DNA of 64,000 nucleotides from Magnetococcales bacterium (GTDB taxonomy: Bacteria > Pseudomonadota > Magnetococcia > Magnetococcales > JADFYX01): the NCBI GenBank assembly GCA_002753565.1, contig PEAM01000007.1, positions 7,389 to 71,388 on the forward strand, read 5' to 3'. Positions 15,603 through 25,100 of the stretch are shown here, one piece after another (the first letter of the stretch is position 1; every line of letters begins with the position of its first letter). The notes under the pieces are model-generated. The model searched no databases. It was not told the origin of the DNA and saw only the letters and a list, made by a program, of their open reading frames with translations. Position numbers and translations under genes: made by a program.

Positions 15603-18269
15603 TTAAAAAATCTCTCTGGCATTTAAAAACAGCCCCATCCGATGGTCGTCGGTGAGGAAATGTTTAACCAGTCTATTTTGGAAATAACGTGAAAACTGGC
15701 CGGAGACCGAGCTGGGCTGGCTGTCATCAATCAAGGTTAACAACGCTTGGGTGGTCTCAATCAGCATCTGATGCTTTTTGACATGGTTAGCCAGCTCCGG
15801 CCCCCCATGTTGATCAAAAAGCTTCTCCTCTGCGGCAAAGCAGTTTTCCATTTTTTCCAGGAAGGCCTGACAGGAGCTTTTTTGGTCACTTTTTTTGGCT
15901 TTTTTTTCTGTCATGACAGCGATAAAGTGACTCGCCATTTCAAACAGTCCTTGATGGTGATCATCAATGCTCTTTACACCAATTCGATAGGTATCCCGCC
16001 ACTGAAAAGCGATGGCGGAGTTAACATCGTGATTAATAATGGAGCGGCGACGTTTCTCTGTTTTTTCAAAAAGTTTCCAGAGAACAATAGGAATATCCCG
16101 CACCAATCTGGTGGGGATTTGATAAATTTCGATATCTCCCTTGGCCTCAACATCATAGGTTTGGGAGCGATCAAACAGAGCCGACTCCTCACCAAAATAG
16201 TCTCTTGGTCCCAATGTCTCGAAGATATTAGTACCCACTTTGCAGATTACCTGACCCGATTTAATCAGGCAGAGGGCGTGCTGATCCTTACCGGCGATGA
16301 TCTCTCCACTACCGAAGCTGGACACTTGAATGGCTTGCGCAATTTCATTCTGTTTCGGATAGGGAATCGCCTCACCAAACAGCTCGGTCTCCTGCAAAAA
16401 GCTGCGTAGTTCGTGGAGAACCTTGATCTGGGTATAGTAGTTGTTCTTTTGGACAAACCCCAGATAGAGCCGTCCAGGAAGCCGAACGGCTCGAACAAAA
16501 CTAGAGGCCCGGAAGGTGACCTGAGAGGCGGTATGATAAAGGCAGGAGATCTCCCCCAGCAAACTACCCGCAGAGAGGATACCGGAGATTCCCCAGTCCC
16601 CCTGAAGAACTTCAACCGTACCGGTTAGCACCAGATAGATATCGGCACTGACCTCCTTCTCCTTGCAGATGATGGTACCGGGATTGAAGGTCACGACCTC
16701 ATTGTTCAACAGACAGCGAAGCTGATTTTGGGAGGACTCCGGAAAATAGGTGCGCATATACTCATAGGCAATAGCAATGGCGGAGTCGCAGTAGTCTGGA
16801 ATCAAGACATCGGTGGTTCCAAAGGAGGCACTGGAGCCGATCTCCCGCTGCTCGGAGCTTAACGCAAACGAGGTGTGGGAGAGGATGATCTTATCGGATT
16901 GGTCGTTGATGAAGTCGACGGTTTCGCCGTGAATCATTCCACCTCCGACATCAATTTTTTTCAGATTGGCGGGCCGATCATATTTTTTTTGGATCTCATC
17001 AAAAAAACGTTGTGAAATACCCTGATCGCTCTCATCCGGAGAGACCATCCCTTTTAAAACCTTGAGGGCGACAATATCGGCATAGTGGGCATACGAGCGA
17101 TAGCCATCCTCTGCCAGAGTGCGAAAGATAAGAATGTTGGTTTCTACCGGATGGGGGGAATAATAGGGCTTAACCTCCAACCCATCGATATCATTCCAAC
17201 TATCCACCTTAAGATCGCGAATATCGAAATAGTGATAGAAATCTTCCTCCTCGATACTCAGAAGAGCAGACAACTTTTTAGCCACCGAGGCCCTCACCAG
17301 AGGGGTTGCAAAATATTTTATCCGATGCCCCGCACGGATCAAGGCGGTAATTCCGGCAAAATGGTCATCGTGGGCATGGGTGTGAAAAATACCTTCAATC
17401 TCACTGATACCAATTCCCAAAGCCTCTAAACTATAGATAAGATTAGGACCGGCATCGATAAGATAGAGGGAGCCCTGATACATGAGAATGCTCGACATAC
17501 AGGGGCGATTTATATCCCATCCATCCCCCTCGCCAGAGTGGATGACACCAAAATATTCACGTTTGATCTGGTACCGACCCAGTGGGTAGGGGGCATCGTA
17601 ACTCTCACCCAGAGCCAGATTAAGGTTGACGGAGACCGTCTCGCCGTCATAACTGATTTCAAAAATATTGAGTCGTATTCGACGGATAGTCACACCTTCT
17701 CGAATCTCTACTACCTCATTTTCCAGGGCAATCGACTCAAGCAGGCTGTCTGAAGGGTGGATGTTACCAAAAGCAAACTTAAGTTTAAGACGCATCATCT
17801 CTACAGCTTCAGGCTCCGACAGACCGGCCTCCATCAACTCCTCCTTGGAGATCAAGCCGTAATTGCCCCGATAGATGTAACGCATCTGGGCCTGAACCTG
17901 TTCTGAAGTACCGATCAGCAGAGGTTTGGCTCCGGTATTGTTGGGGTGGTTGGGGATAATCATCCCCTGGCGATAGAGCATTTGCAGGACGGGAAATTCA
18001 GCCAGGTTGGAAAAATGGCCGTTTTGCAAAAGAACATCAGAGAGTAAAATGGTGTTGGGGCCGGTTTCGAAGGTTGCCCCGTTTTGTTCGGTGCTGATAA
18101 TAAGGCCACGTTTCATCAGGTGTTTAACCGAGTCCGCCGGGCATCCACACAACATATAGAGACCTGCATCGGGGACCTCAATCCAAAAAACACCGTCTAT
18201 AATCTTAATCTTTCTTATTTTTTTCATGCCAGCGACCCCATTTTCTCTTCCCAAACCGCTCCTCATCAA
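15603..18269 (-). CDS. Multidomain protein: unknown N-domain + metallo-beta-lactamase-fold hydrolase + 2x cyclic-nucleotide-binding + hemerythrin-like domain
   Basis: MBL motif FHTHAHDDHFAG (HxHxDH). cNMP beta-roll motifs (GSLLGEISCL...FRASS; DYFGEESALFDRS). Hemerythrin-like tail (FQWRDTYRIGVKSIDDHHQGLFEM, HVKKHQ, VKHFLTDDH). Alternative starts are ATG 18266 or ATG 18227 (MKKIRKIKII...). Confidence 0.85.
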   Translation of the reverse strand: MMRSGLGRENGVAGMKKIRKIKIIDGVFWIEVPDAGLYMLCGCPADSVKHLMKRGLIISTEQNGATFETGPNTILLSDVLLQNGHFSNLAEFPVLQMLYRQGMIIPNHPNNTGAKPLLIGTSEQVQAQMRYIYRGNYGLISKEELMEAGLSEPEAVEMMRLKLKFAFGNIHPSDSLLESIALENEVVEIREGVTIRRIRLNIFEISYDGETVSVNLNLALGESYDAPYPLGRYQIKREYFGVIHSGEGDGWDINRPCMSSILMYQGSLYLIDAGPNLIYSLEALGIGISEIEGIFHTHAHDDHFAGITALIRAGHRIKYFATPLVRASVAKKLSALLSIEEEDFYHYFDIRDLKVDSWNDIDGLEVKPYYSPHPVETNILIFRTLAEDGYRSYAHYADIVALKVLKGMVSPDESDQGISQRFFDEIQKKYDRPANLKKIDVGGGMIHGETVDFINDQSDKIILSHTSFALSSEQREIGSSASFGTTDVLIPDYCDSAIAIAYEYMRTYFPESSQNQLRCLLNNEVVTFNPGTIICKEKEVSADIYLVLTGTVEVLQGDWGISGILSAGSLLGEISCLYHTASQVTFRASSFVRAVRLPGRLYLGFVQKNNYYTQIKVLHELRSFLQETELFGEAIPYPKQNEIAQAIQVSSFGSGEIIAGKDQHALCLIKSGQVICKVGTNIFETLGPRDYFGEESALFDRSQTYDVEAKGDIEIYQIPTRLVRDIPIVLWKLFEKTEKRRRSIINHDVNSAIAFQWRDTYRIGVKSIDDHHQGLFEMASHFIAVMTEKKAKKSDQKSSCQAFLEKMENCFAAEEKLFDQHGGPELANHVKKHQMLIETTQALLTLIDDSQPSSVSGQFSRYFQNRLVKHFLTDDHRMGLFLNAREIF

Positions 18270-18515
18270 GCGCCATCCACTTTTGCCAAGTAACTTACTG
18301 TAACGAAATAGATTAGGCTAACCATCACCACGCTCTCTATTCAATCATGGCACAATAAGCCTGCTTTTGCAGAGATGCAACCAACAAGTCATAACCATAT
18401 GAAAAAAATGATAAATATAAAGACATACCGACGAATGGTGATAGCCGGTGCCAATAAAGAACTCTATTCCCGTTTTTTCAGAGTTGTCGGTCCGACAAAA
18501 AAGCCTACGAATTGG

Positions 18516-18550
18516 CCTGAAAATATTTGACAGGCTCTCCTGTTTTCAGG
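18516..18550 (-). terminator. Weak candidate terminator after cobC
   Basis: CCTGAAAA (18516-18523) / TTTTCAGG (18543-18550), with a nested ACAGG-AGAG-CCTGT hairpin on the minus strand followed by CAAATATTTT. It starts 7 nt after the cobC stop. Confidence 0.3.
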
Positions 18551-18556
18551 CTACCT

Positions 18557-19189
18557 TCAGGGGTCCAGACCATCCGCATGGAAAAAAATCAATCGTGGAA
18601 TGGGGGTATCACCAATCTGTTCTATACGAACCCGTGATAGCGCAGCATAGGGAACCAACAGCCGGGAAAGGTTGGTTAGTGGAATACCCAACAGCATGCC
18701 CAAAGCCACACGAATCACACCGCTGTGGGCGATAAAAAGCAGGTGTTCACCTCGATACTGTTCCAACATGATCTGCCAGGCCACCGCCACTCTGTCATGA
18801 ACCGCCTGGATAGACTCCCCCCCTGGAGGGGTATTGGCCAGGGGGTTTTTCCAAAAATTCTGCACAGGGATGCGATAGCGCTTATCTTCCAGAAGCTCTT
18901 TTTTGCTCTTTCCCTCCCACAATCCAAAGCCCATCTCTCGAAAGCCCGGCTCAAGCTCAAAGGGAATAGACCGCTCCTCCGCGGTTTTAGCGGCAAATTG
19001 GGCACAGCGTATCAGAGGAGAGGAGATGATTCTCTGCCAGGGGGCTGGATGGTCATCAAGGGTTTTTTGCATCTGCTTCCAACCCAGGGGGCTGAGAGGG
19101 TCATCCAGGGTGCCCCGATATTTCTGCCCACCCAGCGGCTCACCATGGCGGAGAAAGTCAATGGTTGTGGTTGGGTGGGTTGTCATCAC
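18557..19189 (-). CDS. cobC: Alpha-ribazole phosphatase-type histidine phosphatase
   Basis: IDFLRHGEP (RHG motif) and LLFIAHSGVIR. 210 aa. ATGA overlap with cobT upstream supports the CobC assignment. Confidence 0.7.
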   Translation of the reverse strand: MMTTHPTTTIDFLRHGEPLGGQKYRGTLDDPLSPLGWKQMQKTLDDHPAPWQRIISSPLIRCAQFAAKTAEERSIPFELEPGFREMGFGLWEGKSKKELLEDKRYRIPVQNFWKNPLANTPPGGESIQAVHDRVAVAWQIMLEQYRGEHLLFIAHSGVIRVALGMLLGIPLTNLSRLLVPYAALSRVRIEQIGDTPIPRLIFFHADGLDP

Positions 19190-20244
19190 GACTCCAGTTC
19201 ATCAATAAGAATCATCTCTTTATGAATAACACAAGCCATGCGGAGCAGTGACAACGCAGCCGTAGCCCCGGTCCCCTCCCCCAGATGCATATCGAGATGA
19301 AGAATCGGTTGACCGGAGATTGCCCGCAGCAACGACAATTGACCCGGCTCGGCTGAACGGTGGCCAAACAGCAGCCACTCCCGCAGGGGTGGGTGAATGG
19401 AGACCGCAACCAGAGCGGCGGTTGCGGCGACAAACCCATCGACAATAGCTGGTATACCCCGCTGACCGCAGGCTATAAAGGCGCCACAGAGGGCGGCCGC
19501 CTCAAACCCCCCTAACGCGCGCAGAGCCTGAAGAGGCTGTTTGATGGTGGGTAGATGGAGCGCAAGAGCTGTTTCGATAATCTTGGCTTTTTGGGCCATC
19601 CCTTCCGGAGACCCACCTGAACCCGGCCCAGAGATGGTATCCGGCGAGATACCCAACAGGGCGCTGGTAATGGCAGCGGCAGAAATACTCTTGCCGATCG
19701 CAATCTCCCCTCCGACAAAAATTTGCACCCCACCCTGACTGGCCCGTTCCACCGCCTCCTGACCGGCCAGCAGCGCCATAACCAACTGCTCTTCTGTCAT
19801 GGCCGGCCCCACCTGAAAATTTCGGGTGCCCCTTCCGGCGCTACAGTTGATCAAACCGGGGAGTTCGGCAATCTTCTCCGCCATGCCCGCATTGACCACC
19901 TCCATTTCGAAACCCAGATGCCGGGCCATGATGGAGACGGCTCCTCGACCACTCAGTACCGTCTTGACCCGTTGCAGGGTTGAGACCTGGCTGTAGGGAG
20001 AGGCCCCTTGATAGCTGGCCGCCTCGACCACACCGTGGTCGGCGGCAAAGACGACAATTCTTGCAATATCCACCGAGGGGGTCGGGCTGTTCTGCATACC
20101 GGCCAGACGGATTAGAGCATCCTCTAAAACACCTAGAGAACCAAGGGGTTTAGCCATCTTGGAAAGCCGTTTCCGCGCCTGATTTTTTGCGGCTTCTGAA
20201 ACAGGTAAGATGGGTTGCTTGATCCAGGCAGTTGACACGGACAT
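19186..20244 (-). CDS. cobT: Nicotinate-nucleotide--dimethylbenzimidazole phosphoribosyltransferase
   Basis: Hallmark AKPLGSLGVLEDALIRLAGMQ and a Gly-rich C-terminal half. The track ORF extends to a TTG at 20289. ATG 20244 (MSVSTAW...) gives the usual ~30 aa before the KPxGSLG motif. Confidence 0.9.
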   Translation of the reverse strand: MSVSTAWIKQPILPVSEAAKNQARKRLSKMAKPLGSLGVLEDALIRLAGMQNSPTPSVDIARIVVFAADHGVVEAASYQGASPYSQVSTLQRVKTVLSGRGAVSIMARHLGFEMEVVNAGMAEKIAELPGLINCSAGRGTRNFQVGPAMTEEQLVMALLAGQEAVERASQGGVQIFVGGEIAIGKSISAAAITSALLGISPDTISGPGSGGSPEGMAQKAKIIETALALHLPTIKQPLQALRALGGFEAAALCGAFIACGQRGIPAIVDGFVAATAALVAVSIHPPLREWLLFGHRSAEPGQLSLLRAISGQPILHLDMHLGEGTGATAALSLLRMACVIHKEMILIDELES

Positions 20245-20393
20245 ACTCCAATCTTGAGTAACAGGAACCCCCGACTCCGTTGATACCAATCTAGAAGATA
20301 TCCCATATTACGCCCCAAAGACCAGGAGATGCTTCGTCAGGGCACTGCCCTGTGTTGAGGGTGGAAGGGCAACACCCTAAAAATCCCCAGCTT

Positions 20394-22055
20394 TTATTGC
20401 TCTGGAATCAGTGTCGTCACAAATCCCTCTCTGGCAAAGCGCTTCTTGAAAGCCCGCTGGGCCTCTTGAGCGTCGGCTTTATCCTTAAAACGTCCCAGAC
20501 GAAGCAGATACCAGGTTTGGTTCTCTTTATCCACACGGGTTTGTGTAAACAGTTCAGCCCCTTTTTCTGCCCACTTGGCCCGAAATTTTTCTGCCCCCTC
20601 CTCACCCCGAAAAGCGGCAACCTGCACTGTCCAACGCGGTTTGACAAAAGAGACCACCGGATGCACAATCCCTGTATCGGTCACTATCGAGGGGGTGGTC
20701 GACTCTTCATGAGAGAGAGGTATGGGCAGCGCGTCAGAGGGGGATATTGGGGAGACCAGTTGAAACCCCTCCCCTTCGGGTGTCAGCTTACCGACCACCT
20801 TCAGGAGTTCAAACAGAGCCAGATTAACGGCAAACTGACTTTTAACCTGCTCGGTCTGAGTAGAAAACAGCTCATTTTGGGCATCGAGAAGATCCAGAGA
20901 GGTGCGTGAACCCACCTCGTACTCCTGGTCAACCCCCTCTTTAGCCTCTTTGGCGGCAGCAACCGCCGTTTTCAAGGCCTCATCAGAGGCTTTGGCACTC
21001 TGATATTTGGAAAGTACCTGCTTCAACTCCCGAACTGCCTTCTCTTGGAGTAGGTCCAGACCCGCCCGGCTGGCACTCTCATCCGACTGCGCCTGTTGAG
21101 TCTGTGCCGTTGTCAAACCACCGGAATAGAGAGGAAGGGAGGCCGAAACCGAAAGAGAGAAGCTATCCACCGGCCCCACCACAGAAGAGGAGGCCGGGTC
21201 CCAGGTTCGTGAACCGCTGGAGCTAAGAGAGAGGGTGGGATAGTGTCCGGCTTTTTTGGCCTGGACCCGAAAGGAGTCTGCCTCCAATCGATAGCGGGCC
21301 GCCTGGATATCGGGTCGGTTCTGGGCCAGAGGGGTCAGGATTGCCAGAGAGGCGTTGGGCAGCTGGCTTTGGACCAGAGGAACCTGCAGCCCTTCCGGCA
21401 CAGCTATTCCGGCTATCTCTTGAAATTGCGCCTCATTCACCTTGCCCTCTCCCACACGACGAATCCAATCGGCCTCGGCGGTTGCCACCCGTGCTCTGGC
21501 CTGGCTGACATCGGTTTTTGTCACCTCTCCAACAGAAAAACGGGCTTTGGTTGCCTCCAGATGGCGTTTGGTCACATCCAGATTGTTCTTGGCCAGAAGA
21601 GCCACTTCTCGCGCCTCCAACAAGGCTGTAGAAATCTGAATCAAGGAGAAATAGACCCCCTGACGAGCCGCTTCCAGATCCTGCTCAAAGGCCATGACCA
21701 ACGGCTCAACCCGTCTCATCTCCTCGAAGGCCTGCTGGTTGAATAGGGGCTGGCTTAAAGAGAGGCTCATGGTGGTGGGGTCATAATCTGAATTCCCCCC
21801 CTTCCATCGGCTCTCCTCGTAGGAGGAGCTCCAACCTAGAGAGAGGGTAGGCAGTATGGCGGATCGAGCTTGAGGGTAGAGGGTCAGAGCGGAGTCCAGG
21901 CGAGCCTGGGCCTGCTTGATCTGACCATTGGAAGCCAGGGCCTCTTGAACCGAACGAAAAAACGGCGATAAGGGTTTCTCAACCGCCCCCCCCTCTCCTG
22001 ATAGGGCAAACAGTCCCACCACCCCCGCAATTGTCAATAAGCCAGATCTATTCAT
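20394..22055 (-). CDS. TolC-family outer-membrane efflux factor with a C-terminal SPOR (peptidoglycan-binding) domain
   Basis: Signal peptide MNRSGLLTIAGVVGLFALS (ATG 22055; the track ORF starts at 22115). Two OEP-type repeats. The last ~75 aa, WTVQVAAFRGEEGAEKFRAKW...WYLLRLGRFKDKADAQEAQRAFKKRF, match the SPOR pattern. Confidence 0.85.
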   Translation of the reverse strand: MNRSGLLTIAGVVGLFALSGEGGAVEKPLSPFFRSVQEALASNGQIKQAQARLDSALTLYPQARSAILPTLSLGWSSSYEESRWKGGNSDYDPTTMSLSLSQPLFNQQAFEEMRRVEPLVMAFEQDLEAARQGVYFSLIQISTALLEAREVALLAKNNLDVTKRHLEATKARFSVGEVTKTDVSQARARVATAEADWIRRVGEGKVNEAQFQEIAGIAVPEGLQVPLVQSQLPNASLAILTPLAQNRPDIQAARYRLEADSFRVQAKKAGHYPTLSLSSSGSRTWDPASSSVVGPVDSFSLSVSASLPLYSGGLTTAQTQQAQSDESASRAGLDLLQEKAVRELKQVLSKYQSAKASDEALKTAVAAAKEAKEGVDQEYEVGSRTSLDLLDAQNELFSTQTEQVKSQFAVNLALFELLKVVGKLTPEGEGFQLVSPISPSDALPIPLSHEESTTPSIVTDTGIVHPVVSFVKPRWTVQVAAFRGEEGAEKFRAKWAEKGAELFTQTRVDKENQTWYLLRLGRFKDKADAQEAQRAFKKRFAREGFVTTLIPEQ

Positions 22056-22183
22056 GAAAGTCAGTCCACACCCATTTATAAGTTTCGTTAAGTTATTAAA
22101 CGTAGCACATCCCATTGCTGATAGGAATCCAACTCAACCCAAGCAAGCTAAAAAAATCCATCCCCTGGGTTAGAAGAGAGAGA

Positions 22184-25100
22184 TCACCCTTTGCTTGGGT
22201 TCAGCAGGCTTTTTTTCCACAGGAAAAAGGCTGGAGGAATGACCAGCAGAACAAAAAGAGCCGTGGAGACCAAACCACCCAACAGAGGTGTAACCAGACC
22301 ATGCAAAATTCGGACCTCTCCACCACCATTAATCAAAACAGGCAGCAGACTAACCAGCAGGGCAGACAGTACACTCAGGATGGGACGCAGGGAGAGCAGC
22401 GCCCCTTCAACCACCCCATGCCGTAAATCACCGAGGGTGATGGTCCGATCTTCACGCAGAGCCAGAGCTTGACTCTTAGCCAGATTATCTTCAAGGAGCG
22501 TCATCATCAGCCCCCCCATCCCTACCGCCATGGCAGAGAGGATAATCAGACCTACCCCAACGGCAACCGACAGGGGCATCGTCAAAAAATAGAGCAGCCA
22601 AACCGCTCCCACCAAAGCTACCGGCAGGGTAGACACAATAATGAGAAATGATTGAAAAGGGCGAAAACCAAGAGAGACAAAAAGCAAGATAATCACCAGG
22701 GCAACAGGAGCAATCAGGGTAAAACGCTCTTTGGCCCGCTGCAAATACTCCGAGTGGCCCGACCAGGACAGGGTGTATCCATCGGGCAGAATCACCCCTC
22801 GACTCACTGCCTGTTGAGCCTCTGCCACAAAAGAGCCGATATCCCGCCCTTTAACATCAATGGTGATCCAACCGTTCATGCGGGCATTTTCGCTCTTGAT
22901 CATGGGTGGCCCATCCGTCACCCGGATGGTGGTCACATCCTGCAGACTGATCTGAGAACCGCCGGGGGTCACGATGGAGAGGTTTTTCAACTGTTCAACA
23001 GAGTCGTGGACATTTTTGGGATAGCGGATGTTGATGGGGTATCGCTCCATCCCCTCCAACGTGTACGCAACCGTCATACCGCCGATTGCCGTACGAACAA
23101 TTTCGTGGACACCGGCAATATTCAGACCAAATCCCGCTGCTGCCAACCGGTCAACATCAACCGTAATATAGCGTCCGCCCACCACCCGCTCAGCAAAGAT
23201 GGAGCCTGTTCCCGGCAGGGTTCGAATGATCTTTTCAATTTCGGCACCAATCAGTTGAATAACCTCCAGATCGACCCCGGAAATTTTAATCCCTACCGGT
23301 GTCCTGATACCAGTAGCCACCTGATCAACCCGAGTTTGGATGGGCATGACCCAGCCATTGGCAATACCCGGCAGTTTGACGGTTTGATCCAACGCTGCCC
23401 GAATCTCCTCCATCCCCATACCGGCCCGCCATTCATGACGGGGTTTAAGCTGAATAATCGACTCCATCAACGCAAGGGAAGAGGAGTCGGTAGCCGATGC
23501 CGTTCTTCCAACCTTGCCAAACACCTGTTTGACCTCCGGCACCGAACGAATCATCTCATTGGTCTGTTGCAAAATCTGCTGGGCTTTTCCCATGGAGATG
23601 CCCGGAAAAGTGGTCGGGACATACATCAAATCCCCTTCATCGGTCTCGGGCATAAACTGAGAACCAAGATGATGGAGCGGAAAAAAAGCCAGTCCAACAC
23701 TTACCAGAGATAGAATCAACACAACCTGGGGAGAGCGGGTCAGAAAGGTGAGCGTTGGTCGAAAAAACCGCTTCAGGGTCCCGTTGATCGGGTGGCTCTC
23801 CTCCGACAACACCGATCCTTTGACCAGATAGCCGGTCAAAACAGGCACCAACGTGAGGGTAAACAGCACAGCCAGCCCCAGAACCGTGGTTTGGGTAAGG
23901 ATGAACGGGGTAAAATATTTCCCTTCCTGGGCCTCCAAAAGCAGAAGCGGAAGCGAGGCGACCAGTACAAGAAGCAGGATAAACAACAGGATTGGCGCTA
24001 CCTTACCCAGGGTCTGCTCCAACATCAGCCAGTGAGCCTGAGCATCCATTCTCTCTGGGTCTCTGTTGGTGTGGGACTCCAAATGGCGATGAAAAGAGGC
24101 GGTCATCACCAGGGACGAAAGCCCTGCCATGCCAACAGAGAGCAACAGGCCACCCACCGATAGAGTATCGGCGGTGATTCCGGTCAATCTCATGAGCAAA
24201 AAGGTGGCTAGAAAGGTGGTCAGCAGCGTCATGGCAACCACCAGGGCCGAGGAAAAATGGAGCAACAAAAGAAAACTGATCACCGCCACCAACAGAGCCG
24301 ACTCCAGCAGGTCCAACTTTAAGGTAGAGAGCACCCGCCCGATCAAGTCGGAACGATCATAGGTTGTCACCACCTCTACCCCTTCCGGCAGCCCCTTTTG
24401 CAACGACTGCAACTTTTGCTTCACCCCTTCGATGGTGTTCAAGCTGTTCTCGCCATGGCGCATGACGATGAGTCCTCCCACCACCTCACCCAAACCGTCC
24501 AGCTCAGCCACACCCCGGCGCATCTGTGGACCAATACGCAACTCGGCAATATCGCTCAGCAGAATAGGAATTCCCTTATCGCTCAACCCCAAAGGGATAT
24601 GGCTGATATCATCCAGGTTTTTCAAATTGCCCGTGGCCCGCACCATATATTCCGCTTCGGCCATATCCACCACAGAGCCACCAATCTCCTGGTTGGCGTT
24701 GCGGATGGCCTCTTTAACTTTTGCCAACGGCATGTTGTAGGCCCGCATTTTAACCGGGTCCAAGATCACCTGATACTGCCGGACCATCCCCCCCACTGTC
24801 ACCACCTCTGAAACACCTGGAACAGTCTGCAACTCAAACTTTAAAAACCAATCCTGCATGGAGCGTAACTGGGAGAGATCATACTGACCGCTGCGGTCCA
24901 CCAAGGCATACTGAAACACCCAACCAACCCCGGTCGCATCGGGTCCCAACGTCGGATGAACCTCTGCTGGAAGACGGCTGGAGAGCTGGCTCAGGTATTC
25001 CAACACACGGGATCGTGCCCAATAGGGGTCTGTTCCATCGGCGAAGGTAATATAAACATAGGAGCTGCCAAAAAAGGAGTACCCTCGGACCGTCAAGGCA

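Noticed and set aside
15603-18269. Reading the cNMP-binding/MBL protein as an effector of a cyclic-nucleotide antiphage system (Pycsar/CBASS-like)
   Set aside because: There is no cyclase or CD-NTase gene adjacent and no other defence genes or mobile context. The hemerythrin and SBP partner point to physiological signalling instead. The idea is not excluded, only unsupported.
18348-18371. Sigma-54-like TGGCAC ... TTGCA
   Set aside because: The GG-to-GC spacing is ~20 nt instead of 12, and there is no plus-strand gene downstream.
20290-20393. Possible cobalamin riboswitch upstream of cobT, suggested by GACCAGGAGA resembling part of the B12 box
   Set aside because: The resemblance is on the wrong (plus) strand for the minus-strand cobT. 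The gap is only ~100 nt (riboswitches are ~200 nt), and I could not trace a conserved multi-stem architecture. An Rfam or Infernal scan would settle it.
22652-23713. 353-aa plus-strand ORF, together with 23792-24163 and 24398-24811, lying antisense to the RND pump
   Set aside because: These are Arg/Pro/Gln/His-rich low-complexity translations with no motifs. The opposite strand encodes an unmistakable CusA-like protein across the whole span. They are typical stop-poor antisense frames.
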